This document shows positions 12,677-25,273 of a DNA stretch of 64,000 nt, piece after piece. The translations under genes and the position numbers were made by a program. Within the stretch, counting starts at the first letter, position 1. Every line of letters begins with the position of its first letter. The stretch is taken from positions 36,710,401 to 36,774,400 of the forward strand of contig CM120641.1 of the NCBI GenBank assembly GCA_051362555.1, given 5' to 3'. Under the pieces are notes generated by a model, which saw only the letters and a program-made list of their open reading frames with translations, did no database searches and was not told where the DNA came from. Source of the DNA: Lingula anatina (Eukaryota; Animalia; Brachiopoda).

Positions 12677-14790
12677 ACAAAAATACCCTGCAATGTTTTG
12701 TAATACTGAAATGTGATCCATAAATAGCAGTACGGAAAATCCAATATTCACGCAAAGATAAATATAGGCCTAGATTACAGTCTTTTGTATTGTGACCTGA
12801 GCATTCTCTTTTTCCAAAGCACTTTTTTTAGAATAGTCGTGGTAGATAAATAAGTCTCTTTCGGAAATATCCTGTGCTCGTTATTATTTACTTGTGTAGG
12901 GACTACATTATAGTAATGTAAATAAGCTCTGGTAGATGGAGAGATCTAGACAGATGTGGTTCACAGACATAAACGGTTGAGCAAATTAAAGCGAGTCAAG
13001 TCCATAATATAAGCACAAAAAAAGAATTTCTCAGCGATTTTCTTTTCAGATCCAACGTTAACGTATTGTTTCCTGAAACAATAAAAAATGAACGTTTATC
13101 AATTAGTTTTGAACACTTTTTTAGATGAAATATCGCCCATTTATTACAATTCTTCAAAATGGCAAATCAAATGGACAAGGTGCACTAAAAAGTCATTAAA
13201 TTGCTATAAAAAAATCAAATGAGTGACATATTACCGTCAGCTTAGTTGGACTGAAAGCTCCGTTTTAAAGTTTCAGATCAACCAAGAAAAGTTTGACCTG
13301 GATAGAATATGATTTGTCTGTTTTGGGGCGAGCGACGCAGGAATCTAAAAAAAAGTACTGCAAAGAGAGCAGTCACTTTTTCAAATATCATCCCCAAAGC
13401 TTTTTGTTTTTTAATGATCGTGTTGCACTGTAACCTTTTACAATTAACATGCATCTTGTCAGGTATTTTCCGACCAAATCGAATTTTCCTTGAAAAATAA
13501 CTAATTTTCTCCTACCAACAAATCATTGCTCGACCCTTCCCTGCATTTGGAGTGGTTTTATATCATTTATAATCAAATAATTTACTTCTGAATGTTCCTC
13601 GTAACGTTTTCACCGCCATAGTCTTCATGTACGATTCAGTTACTTTAATTTGAGGGGTAACATATATAGTTTTTTAAGGTCTGAAATAGAAAAATTGAAT
13701 GGGATTTACAAGCTCCGTAACATAGACAAAGAAAAAAGAAACCATTTTTTAACGTTTCTTGTAATCAGAAACTAGTTTCAGTTTTCAAAAACGATTCTGA
13801 GAAGCCATGATTGTTTTGCGGGGGGGAAACAGGAGTACGAAGAGAGAGGCGACTGGCGATCAGCGTATACATGTACCTCGACCAGATAACTTTCACTGCG
13901 GAAGATGTGCTGAATAATACTTGAACTGATTTTTTACACATGTTCTACATTTTTTACGAATTTCAGTTAGATTTATGCAGTTAACGGTTACTGCAGGTGA
14001 TTTAATGAAACAAAGCGCCAAACATTTTCTTTTAGAATTTTCGAAACGAGAAACTTGATATAATACAAATATAGATCAATTCTTAAAATTATAACACGGC
14101 AGTAGGTCGTACCTCTCGCAGTTGTTCATAATTATACAGTGACGCGCTTTTATCACAAGTAAAAGCCCCCGTCACAAAATTACTTTGCTGAGTTTTAATA
14201 TGTGTGTTTTATTCGTGCATCTAGACAGTTAAAATATAAATTCTGCAGAGTTTACTTATGAAAAATTCAATAAACGTGTGAAACGTTTTTCTGTAAGTGT
14301 CCATCTATGTTTCAAGAAGAAAGAAAGAAATATCAATAACCTTACGGTTTCGCTGTACCGTAAGACTGTAAGATTGCATGTGAATCCTGTCTTTTCTATC
14401 AAAATTCCCTCCCCAGTCCGTTCATTCGACCTACGGAAGCTGATTTATATGACCAGTCACGTAATATCAAGTATGTTGACTTTGAAAATGCGATTTTATT
14501 TTTATTTATCTATTTTTGTTGTGTGTGTTTGTGTGTGCGTGTGTGTGTGTCATTATGACTTTATCAACCCCTAATCCTCTTTTCGAGATGGAGACTTATT
14601 GTGCTTTCTCATAAATCAGACTATAATTCAAACCGAAGCGTCCGCACGGAAAGTAGGTGACCTCTTCATCATTATGTAATCGGCTGAGCGTTCTTAGTGA
14701 CAGGTGCTCAGTTAGGATCAAGGTCGATAGAAGATGGGGAAGAAGAATGTCCCATGCCATATTACTGCTACTGCCACATGTAGGCCGAAA

Positions 14791-14964
14791 GGGGCCGTAG
14801 CGATAGTCCGAAGGTTCAATAGTCCGAAGGTTCATTGGTCCGAATGTTCACTACAGAACCTTCGGACCAATGAACCCTTGATTAAAAAACCGATGAAAAT
14901 GTTACCGTTTTTCGGACCAATGAACCTTCGGACCAATGAACCTTCGGACTATCGAGACGCCCCC
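14791..14964. mobile_element. 174-bp foldback MITE with 8-bp target-site duplication
   Basis: GGCCGAAA at 14783-14790 and 14965-14972; inverted arms built of ~16-bp units (ATAGTCCGAAGGTTCA / TGAACCTTCGGACCAA); empty site at ~23982 in the duplicated block. Confidence 0.88.
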
Positions 14965-15195
14965 GGCCGAAAAGATGGCTCTGAATCCGACAGCAGTATC
15001 TCGTAAGTTCAATACAGATGATAGAAAATGTATTATAGCATTTCTTAGTTTTGCATTGACGATATTTTCTCGAAATGGTGCACTCTAGGCATAATGACCA
15101 TGGGGGCATCTACTGGTAACTGACGCGAAGGATACTTTCCCTTTCCCTTTGAGCTTTTTGGGCACCGTTTTGTTTCTGATACCATTACTTTTCCA

Positions 15196-15197
<2 letters not shown>

Positions 15198-15275
<78 letters not shown>
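15198..15275. repeat. (TA)n microsatellite
   Basis: Direct reading; the paralogous position (~24235) has a much shorter array. Confidence 0.95.
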
Positions 15276-15279
<4 letters not shown>

Positions 15280-15692
15280 ATAATTTCAAAGCTTAATTGC
15301 GCTTTGTTAGTTATAACGCAAAAGATGCTGACACGATTGCTGTATTGAGCATATCTGCTTTATCAGATCTTTAGACATTGTTTCATGAATGTGAATTTAT
15401 CCCTTAAATTCCAGTACGGTTTACGAAGATACCAGAAGCGTCCTACTCAGAGACACGTTTTGTATTCGACACATACAGCCCCACACCCATACCAAGATTT
15501 CCTCCTATGCCGACGTTTGTCTGCTCGTTAATTTGCAGGGTCGACATTTAGTGCAGAATGTTTTGTTTGCTTTCGGTTGAAACATTCTGCCCCAAAACGT
15601 ATATCAAATTAAAAGTCGAATAAAATAACTTTGTACTTTTGAAACTTCTCATAGAAATTAGTTCCATATTAAGCGTCTGTTAAGCCTCTCTT

Positions 15693-17083
15693 CTGGTCCT
15701 CAAATCAAATTCGGTCCCTTGATTCTAAACTGTTTACAAGTGGCTCTGTTCTGGTCCTACACCTGTAAATGTCCATCATGACGTGTTTAAACGTGTTCCC
15801 CAAACGCATCCTTGGCTGACCAAAATACGTATGTAAACTGAATGTTAGAAAGAAATGCATTACAATTATTTAAATTCGTATTGTATTTGCTATTATATAT
15901 TCTCACATTTTTTTAAAGAACACAAAAGTTTTGCTGCGTGACTACCTTTAGGATGCTTAATACTACTACAATATTTATATATATGGCGTGCTCATGTGTT
16001 CAAGACAATTCGTGTGTGTGTGTGGGGGGGGGGGGGTCCTCACTCGCTGTCATGATGGTGCGTCTCAAACCTTTTAACTTCATGACCCTTTAAAACACCG
16101 CTACAGATGTAGACAATCTAACCCAAAAATATTATGTTCAATGTTAAAAAAACTTTCAACAAAAAGTGAAAATGCATATTTAGTTTAATATCGGCATAAA
16201 TGTATGACATGTTCCATTATTTTCTCTGGTTTATGTTATTGTATATGTACCCTCTAACAGGGAAAGCAGCCAACAGTTATTAAAAATGATATGAAACACT
16301 AATAAAAACGTTTTGTAAAACGTAAGCGTCGGTAACGTGACTCAAACGTTCACTTTCTTAAGGAATGATTCCCCGGAGTGCAGTTGAGATAAGTTAATTT
16401 ACGCTTTCATTTTTCATATATTTAAGAAATGAGTATCTATTACAAGCGGTCAGGGTGGGAGGGGGAGCATAAGAGAATAAGAGCATAAGAGCAATATACT
16501 AGAGAATACCCTGTAATTGATCAATTTGTCTTTTTCAATTCATGCCGAGAAGTATCACCTTACCCGTCGATCTCGCGGATACTTCACATGGCCGTTTAAA
16601 CCAATAAAAATTGGTTTTTAATAACCCACAACCCCACCCCACCGAACGTCATACAGTGTATTAGCATGTTTCCGAATAAAAACTATATACCAAAGAAATT
16701 AATTTAGAGGCCAAAAGAGAGACAGCTAAGGGCACGTTTCGGTATGACTATTTAAAACTGTAGGTTTAATATAAACATCAATGGCTTCTTAATCAGTATA
16801 GTCAACAAGCCTACTCTGCCTCTTTAGACTTTACATTAAGTATTACAAGGAGTTACAAACTACAGCAATTAACCCCCTCCCCTCCCCCGAACGTCATACT
16901 GGCAGGTTTGCAAATGAAGACTATACCGCAGAAAAAGTTTGGGGCCCAAAAGAGAGCCAGCTAAGAACACGTTTGGGGAACACGTGTGTATACGTCATAA
17001 TGGACATTTACAGGTGTAGGACCAGAGCAGAGCCTCTTGTAAACAGTTTAGAATCAAGGGACCGAGTTTGATTTGAGGACCAG
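15693..17083. mobile_element. ~1.4-kb non-autonomous DNA transposon with ~115-bp terminal inverted repeats
   Basis: CTGGTCCTCAAATCAAATTCGGTCCCTTGATTCTAAACTGTTTACAAG... (15693-~15806) is the reverse complement of ~16969-17083. Its two flanks are contiguous at ~24660-24670 in the paralogous block. Confidence 0.85.
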
Positions 17084-17403
17084 TGTCCGCCCTGCATGAT
17101 GCTGGTTTGCTTCTTTTGGTTATGTATGTTACTAAATAGTAATGCAGTACTCTATTGATCATGGTGTCATGAGGGTAATTTATGTATACTTTTGGGTCGG
17201 GGTTGATACCCGTCCCTTTCCGAACCTGAATCGTTAAATTTAACAGAAATAATGTCTGTATGAAAATGATAGTGATTGATTACTCTCATGGTAAAACGGA
17301 GAATAAAGGCTTGTGATCAAGCAAATGGAATTAATTTTGGAAGACATATTTGATACAAAAGTTAAAAGCTGGCTTTAAATGGCTTGATTATTTATACCAG
17401 ACT

Positions 17404-17677
17404 TCATTCTTTTATCGCTGTTAACAACTTATCCCAGTCTACTGGGTCCGCAATGGGATGATTTTTTTAAACTGAGCAGGCATTTTAAAATTGCCAGGAT
17501 AACCCATACAACAGGTATGACAGAACATGCCTGCCTGGCCAAATCTGCATCTACCACCTGGTTGATTTCCACTGCCTTGACCTGCTCATCAAAATGCTTA
17601 GTGAGAAGAGCAATGATGTTAATAGCTTCTTCCGGCATATAATGCCCTGGGATGTAGTCTCTAAAGGCAACACGCAC
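17404..17677 (-). pseudogene. LRR-TIR copy C: last TIR exon only, with an internal deletion and frameshift
   Basis: VRVAFRDYIPGHYMPEEAIN/IIALLTKHFDEQVKAVEINQ lacks the NMKKSRK stretch and shifts frame after IPVVW. It lies ~35 bp from a copy of the 5' flank of exon 1 (from ~17712), so coding exons 1-4 are missing. Confidence 0.85.
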
Positions 17678-19125
17678 CTATTCACAATAAAAGAAAGAAA
17701 GTAAATTCCACGTCTGAAGAGAGTGGAGGTATTACTTGCAGTCTGCATTATGATGCGTTGGAGACTTCCATATAAAGATCCCTGCAATATTTTGTAATAC
17801 TGAAATGTGATCTGTAAATAGCAGTTTGGAACATCCTATATTCACACAAAAGCATGTAAACAGGCCAACAAACACAGGTAAAGGGACTGATGTAATGAAG
17901 CCCGAGCATTCTCTTTTTGTAAAGCTTTTTTTTTTTTTTTTTTTTTTTTGTTACTCGGTAGAATGAATGAAAAAGATGTATTCTGGTTCTCTCACAAGTT
18001 TTATTTCTTGAAGATACAGAAAACACTGGTACACAAGCGATAGCGACTCGCCTGCGTTTCAAGAGTGCGGCCCATCAACAATTTAATTAAGGCTATACTT
18101 TTTGTAATACCGAAAGGAGAAACCATAAACTGCCAATCTTCGACAAGGGGTCTTTAGAGTTGACTAAGTACTTTTGCATTAATACTGACAGATAGAGAGA
18201 CAACAATGTTATAATAGGAAATTGTCATAAAAATATCATTTGGACATCTGCCAAACCAAAGCCTCAATAGTGTTATAGTAATATAAATAAGCACTTTTAG
18301 TATGAGAGATCTACACAGCAAATGTGGTCCACAAACATTACCATTTGAGCAGCTTAAAGGGAGTCTAGTTCAGGTCTATAAGGATAAAGAAAAGAAAAAA
18401 GAACTTGTCAGCAATTTTCATTTCAGAACCAACATATTTTTTCTTGAAACAATAAAAAATTACACACATCAATTAGTTATGAATACTTCTTTTTTTAGCT
18501 GAAATATTGCCCATAAATAACAATTCTTTAAATGACTAATCATTTGGACTGGCTGCACTACATCATGAAATTTCTAGAAATAAACCACGAGTTCCATATA
18601 ACCGTCCTCTTAGCTGTACTGAAAGCTCCGTTTAAAAGATGCACTGGATTCATAGTATAATATTAGTTATAATGTCGTAATATTTAGAATAAGGGATTTG
18701 TAATAACACATATTTCTGTGGCATTAAAGGAAAAACATTCATTTAGGTAATGGTAATCTTTGCGGGTTGATTTTCTGGGTCACTGATATGTCTTACTCAA
18801 AGTGAAATGAAGTCAACGATAATTGATCGCTTTCATTTTTCAGTAAAAAAAGATATTATACATATTATTAATCAATCTACAAGAGTACAAAATTGTCGAT
18901 ACGAAGGTGCCGTTGTCAGCCTGTTGCCAACCTATGTACATGAACACTTATTTTCGGCCTCCATCCCTTTTTTTAATGCCCTTTAGCTACAGTTATAAAA
19001 TTACTCTCATGGTCAAAATGGATAATAAAGGCTTGTCATAAAGCAAATGGAATTAATTTTGAAAGATATTTTTGATTCAGAAGTTAAAAACTGACTTCAA
19101 ATGGCTTGGTTATTTATTCCAAACC

Positions 19126-19931
19126 TCATGCTTTTATAGCTGTTAACAACTTATCCCAGTCTACTGGGGCCCGCAATGGGACGATTTCCTCAAACTGAGC
19201 AGGTATTTTTACATAGTCAGGATTACCCCATACAACAGGTATGACAGAACATGACTGCCTGCCATGATCTGCACCTACTGCCTGGTTGATTTCCACTGCC
19301 TTGGCCTGCTCATCAAAATGCTCGGTCAGAAGAGCAATGATTTTCCGAGACTTCTTCATATTGTTAATAGCTTCTTCCGCCATATATTGCCCTGGGGTGT
19401 AGTCTCTAAAGGCAACACAAACCTATTCATAATAAGAAATAAAATAATTTTACGTGACAATTTAAAGGGATAATAACTCTTCGTTTCGGCCAAAAAATGA
19501 ATTTTCCTGGAGTAAACAACAATTTTCCCATACTTACCAATGGTTAATTAATCCATTTTTACATTCAAAGTTAGTCCCTGTTTTTTTTTTCATAAAAGTT
19601 TGTTTTTTTGTTAAAATCTCTTAAGAGATGTAACAGAGTATAGTCATCAATGGAGGTCAAGTGGTTTAAAGACAAGCTCAAATATCAGAATTTATGGCTA
19701 TAACTGCCGTTTTTGTGGTAAAACAGAATAAATTATATTTCTATGAGTTATTCACAATGTTTTTATTGTGAAATATAGATCTCATACGAAGAGTTATTAT
19801 CCCTTTAATTGAAAAATGACAACAAATTGTGACAAAAGTGAGAAAGCCTACATATTGTAGAGCCTATTGTATATATAGCAGGCAATTTTGACCAATTCCA
19901 TACAGTTTAATGTGCGACTTAACAGCATATC

Positions 19932-20005
<74 letters not shown>

Positions 20006-21693
20006 CTATAGATGCCATATATTGCCACGGATGCTATTACTTTCTGACAAATGATTTTACTCTGCTAGGGGAGACAGGGGATGAAATCTTTTGTGTCTCA
20101 CCTTAAGCTCATTTTCCTTCTCAAGTTCTGGGAGAAACACATCAGTTATCAACTTTTCATCTTCCTCAGATCCAGAGTAAAGGATAAAAACATCAAAAAT
20201 TGGCATTTTTCCGGATGGGACATCTGTCATATGGCAACCAGCTGAAACGAAAAGACAATCATTTTTAATAAACGTTCTCTACATGGGTACTTGAAAATAC
20301 GAATACGTAGTTAGATGTCATTGCACTCACCAATTAAGTGAATATTTTACTTTATTTTCTCTAAAATTTGTGTTTTCCGTGGTCGTTTGCATCTGTCTAT
20401 TCTTTTCAGCTTCTTTCATCTCCGTGGAGAAATCATCGTGCATTTTCACAGACATTAAGAATTTAGAAATAGTTCTTATATATATATTGCCTGCTTTTAG
20501 TTAAATGGTCTGCCTTCTGATAATTCCACTTACCCTCTATTTTATCCTTTGCTATTTTGGGATCAACCAACCGATTATCGCCAAACCGAACATGAAACTT
20601 AGCCTTCTTTAATGTCTGAAAAACTGCCTGGCCCAGCCGGTTAGAATGAAGGCAACATAATCTCAATTTAGGTAATTTTGCAAGCTTTTCTGCAGGGATA
20701 TCCTGCAGGCAATTTTCTGACACACAAATAACCTCAAGGGACTTCACATTTCCGAGAGACTCTGGGAGACGCCTTAATCGGTTCTGTTTTAATCTGATGT
20801 ACTTCAGACTCTGAAAGTAAACATGTATTAAGGTAAAGAGAGTTTGATGGCGCCTTGCTTTTTTTCACATTATTATTATTATGCAACTCAAGAATCTCAG
20901 GTCTATAGCCGTTATTGAAAGAAATATATGACGCCCACGTATCCATCAAATTGACTTCTCAGTAAATATTGCTAACAGGCCTATTAAAGGTCAATTACAC
21001 AAATGACAAATAAACTACGTGGAAACACATACCTGTAGCTGATCAATTTCATCGGGGATAGACTGTAATTCATTGTAGGACCCATCGAAATGTGTCAGTT
21101 CTTTCAACTTGAAGATATTTGGAGGCAAGGTCCTGATTTTATTGCCGTTTAAATACAACTCCTTCAGTTTCAAGTCTTTGAAGTCCAGGTGCGCTAAAAC
21201 ATTTAGTTTTATTTTACAAATTACGTGCTTTGTATTGACAAAATATAGTAATGCATTTTTATTGTAACATCAATCACATGTGAAAAATGCATAGTTGGTT
21301 TACGGTTTACTGTCACAAGTGTCATTGGATAATACGACATTAAAATCACACTTTGACTGAAAACACCGATTCATTCAACTTTAATAGTCTGACGTGGAAC
21401 GAAAATGGAACGAAATTTAGAATAAAGCACGTCCAAAAAAAAAACATCCTTGTTATATTTAACGGTGAAACACAGTTATGGTCCTACAAAATACTTAATA
21501 TTCTTCAAAGTTAATATTTTCATTTTTTTATTATTAATTTATTTAATTTTAAAGTTTTAAAAAACTTTTTGGATTTAATTTTTTGTTTTTAGACTTACTT
21601 CTACAAAATAGATTAAAAGAAAGCAAAATCCAAGAGGGTAATGATCCAATTCCCCTGTGTTATTTTTCTGATTCTTACAAAAACTGGTACTTT

Positions 21694-21787
<94 letters not shown>

Positions 21788-22854
21788 AGCCCAGGCCAAA
21801 TCTAGTCCTATGACTTAGAAGCCCAGACTCCATCCTAATTAAGGCCTGCTGGGCCCAGTCTTAATGGTGTCTTTGCATTGTTAACAGCATAAGACCAAGT
21901 TAATTGGCCAAGCTGCCAGTTTGTTTGTATGGCATGTGTAGGGGATGTCTTAGATCAAGGCACATATTATGATACTTGCAGGTGTGGCAAATGAGATATA
22001 GTTGTATTTCATTACCTGTGATTTGTAAAATACATCTGAGGATGATACTTTAAAATGGGTGGGCTGCCATTTGTTAGTGTGTTATTATGCTGACAACATG
22101 ACACAACCTATCTGACAACATGACACAACCTTTAACGGTATGCTTACATTCGTTCAGGTGACAACAATGCGTGGATAAACACCTCACCGTAGCTATAGGT
22201 TGTGCGAAACAAAAATCTAAAATACTGAAATAAGCGGACAGTTCTATTATTTCACCCACCTATTCCATCATCTGTCACTTGATTCTTGCTCATATCGAGG
22301 TGTTCTAGTCCTTGTAATCGAGCTATGACGTCAGGGATCTTCGTAAAATTATTGCTTCCTAGTTGCAGCCTTTTCAAACATTGCAAGACACGCATTGCGT
22401 CTGGCAAATCCTCCAAGTTATTACCTGTTAGAAAAAGACATCGTAATTTCTCCGTGAAGACGCATTTCTCTCCGTGTAAGTTGGGGATACAAGGCAGTTG
22501 CAGAAAACTCAAAGACAATGTTCGTAGTTCGAGCATTTTAACGAGGAGGTCCCAAATTTTCTCATAATTCTTCTCTTGAATGATTTGATTGACATGGTCT
22601 TCTGGTAAATCAGATGAAATATAAAGTTCGGTAAGATGATCGGGATTAGCACGGCCATCTTCTTCAATGGGAGGTGAAGATGGCTCGTCTTCTCTTACGT
22701 CGCGTTGAAACTGGAACTCATGTACACAACTGAAAAAGTGTTGGTCTACATTTACATTGGCCACAGCAGATTCGTCGCTGTCATTGCTTACTGAACTCTC
22801 AATAGTTTCAGTTGAGAGCTTATTTTGCTCCACATCATCCATTTTGCTACACAT
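19126..22854 (-). CDS. LRR-TIR protein, copy B (5 exons, ~489 aa; no signal peptide or transmembrane helix)
   Basis: Exons 22854-22260 (start may be 22842), 21193-21033, 20810-20534, 20241-20102 and 19422-19126, 1470 nt total. Same phases and exon sizes as copy A except exon 3 is 12 nt shorter. TIR motifs FDVFILYS and RDYTPG. Confidence 0.88.
19466..19804. mobile_element. TTAA-flanked MITE (Kolobok-like) in intron 4 of LRR-TIR copy B
   Basis: TIRs AGGGATAATAACTCTTCGT / ACGAAGAGTTATTATCCCT; TTAA at 19462-19465 and 19805-19808; absent from copy A intron 4; second copy at 35888-36211. Confidence 0.88.
19935..20002. repeat. (TA)n microsatellite
   Basis: Direct reading. Confidence 0.95.
21696..21785. 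repeat. Compound (TC)n(TA)n microsatellite
   Basis: Direct reading. Confidence 0.95.
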
Positions 22855-23596
22855 TTGAAGAGAGTGGAGGTATTACTCGCAGACTTGCGGTCCGCATTAC
22901 AGGTATGACGTGTAGGAAATTTCTACAAAAATACCCTGCAATGTTTTGTAATACTGAAATGTGATCCATAAATAGCAGTACGGAAAATCCAATATTCACG
23001 CAAAGATAAATATAGGCCTAGATTACAGCCTTTTGTATTGTGACCTGAGCATTCTCTTTTTCTAAAGGGTTATTTTTAGAATAGACTTGAGAGATAAATA
23101 AGTCTCTTTCAGAATATTTGTGTAGGGACTACATTATAGTAATGTAAATAAGCTCTTGTGGATTGAGAAATTAACTGTCTATGCACGGATTATACACATA
23201 TTAAAACTGAGCAAAATAATTTAAAGAATTGGTCTATATTTGTGTCATATCAAGTTTCTCGTTTTGAAAATTCTGAAAGAAAATGTTTGGCGCGTTGTTT
23301 CATTAAATCACTTTAAGTAACCGTTAATTGCAAAAATCTAACTGAGCGAAATTCGTAAAGAAAATGTAGAACGTGTTAAAAAATCAGACAGTTAAAATAT
23401 AAATTCTGAGGAGTTTACTTATGGAAATTTCAATAAACGCGTGAATCGTCTTCCTTTATAAGTGTCTATCTATATTTCATGAAGTAGAAAGACAGAAAGA
23501 AATATAAATATGCTTATGCTGTATCGTAAAATTGGATGGAAGTCCTGTCTTTTCTATCAAAATGCCTCCCCAGTCCGTTTATTCGACCTATAAAAG

Positions 23597-23599
<3 letters not shown>

Positions 23600-23661
<62 letters not shown>
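23600..23661. repeat. (TA)n microsatellite
   Basis: Direct reading; the paralogous site (~14445) has only TTATAT. Confidence 0.95.
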
Positions 23662-23664
<3 letters not shown>

Positions 23665-25273
23665 CAGTCACGTAATATCAAGTATGTTGACTTTGAAATG
23701 CGTTTTTAATTTAATTTATTAATTTTTGTTGTGTGTGTGTGTCATTATGACTTCATCAACCCCTAATCCTTTTTCCTTTTTTCGAGATGTAGACTTATTG
23801 TGCCTTCTCATAAACCAGACTATAATTCAAACCGAAGCGTCCGCACGGTGACCTCTTCATCATTATGTAAATCAGATGAGCGTTTCTGGTGAGAGGTGCT
23901 CAGTTAGTATAGGATCAAGGTCGATACAAGATGGGGAAGAAGGGTGTCCCATGCCATATTACTGCACTACTGCCACATGTAGGCCGAACAGATGGCACTG
24001 AAACCGGCAGCAGTATCTCGTAAGTTCCGTACAGATGATAGTAAATATATGGTAGCATTTATTAGTTTTGCATTGACGGTATTTTCTTGAAATGGTGCAC
24101 TCTAGGCACATAGACCATGGGGACATCCACTAGTAGCTGACGCGAAGGATACTTTCTATTGGCTTTCCCTCTGAGCTTTTTGGACACCCTTTAGTTTCTG
24201 ATACCATTAGCTTTCCATGAGGGTTCAATGTGAATATATATATATATATATATTTGTTTCATTTGAAAGCTTAATTGCGCTTTGTTAATTATAACGCAAA
24301 GGATACTGACAAGAATTGCTGTATTGAGAATATCTGCTTTATCAGATCTTTAGACATTGTTTCATGAATGTGAATTTATCCCTTTAATTCCAGTGACTCT
24401 AAGTACGGTTTACGAAGGTACCAGAAGCGTCCTACTCAGAGATACGTTTTGTGTTCGACACATATACAGCCCACCACATCCATGCCAAGATTGCCTCCTA
24501 TGCCGACGTTTGTCTGCTCGTTTGCAGGGACGACATTTAGTGCGGAATGTTTTGTTTGCTTTTGGTTGGAACATTCTGCCCCAAAATGTATATCAAATTA
24601 AAAGTCGAATAAAATAACTTTGTATTTTTGAAACTTCTCATAGAAATTAATTCCATACTAAGCGTCCGTCCTGTATGATGCTGGTTTGCTTCTTTTGGTA
24701 ATTGTATGTTACTAAATAGTAATACAGTACTCTATCTGATCATGGTGTTATGAGGGTAATTTATGTATACTTTTGGGTTGATACCCGTCCCTTTCCGAAC
24801 CTGAATCGTTAAACTTAGAGTTTTCATCTGTTAGAAATAATGTCTGTATAAAAATGATAGTGATTGTTTTAAAATTATCATATATTGATTTCCAAGAAGA
24901 GAAATGTTTGTTAATTGTCACTGAAAATATGTGTGGGGAAATCTGCAACTTGACTCCTCGCTGTCAACTTGAAGTTGTACTCTTATTTATTTTAAATGGT
25001 GTTGACTTCTAGAAAGGAAAGACATCGCACCCGCATTACGTTAAATGCATACAGGAAACTTTAAATTACATTTTACCGTGTGGTCAGTCGAAAAAGAGGA
25101 AGAGATGTAGATCTACAAAAGATGCTGTAAATAAAACCTGTAAAGCCTGAGAAATCCCAACATTATGTAACGGGCAAATGTTGGCCTACCCACGTTTCTG
25201 CAGAATTGTCCTCATGTACTGTAAAAATCTTTTAACAATTATGAATATGGCACTGTAACTGTGAATAAACTTC

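Larger units (their letters stand above)
7570..24865. repeat. Tandem segmental duplication of the LRR-TIR locus (block A ~7570-17280, block C ~17280-18640, block B ~18200-24865)
   Basis: Homologous flanks: 7640-7968 with 18636-18940; 12607-12930 with 22855-23160 and 17712-17930; 14222-15680 with 23387-24665; 17085-17280 with 24665-24865. Confidence 0.9.
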
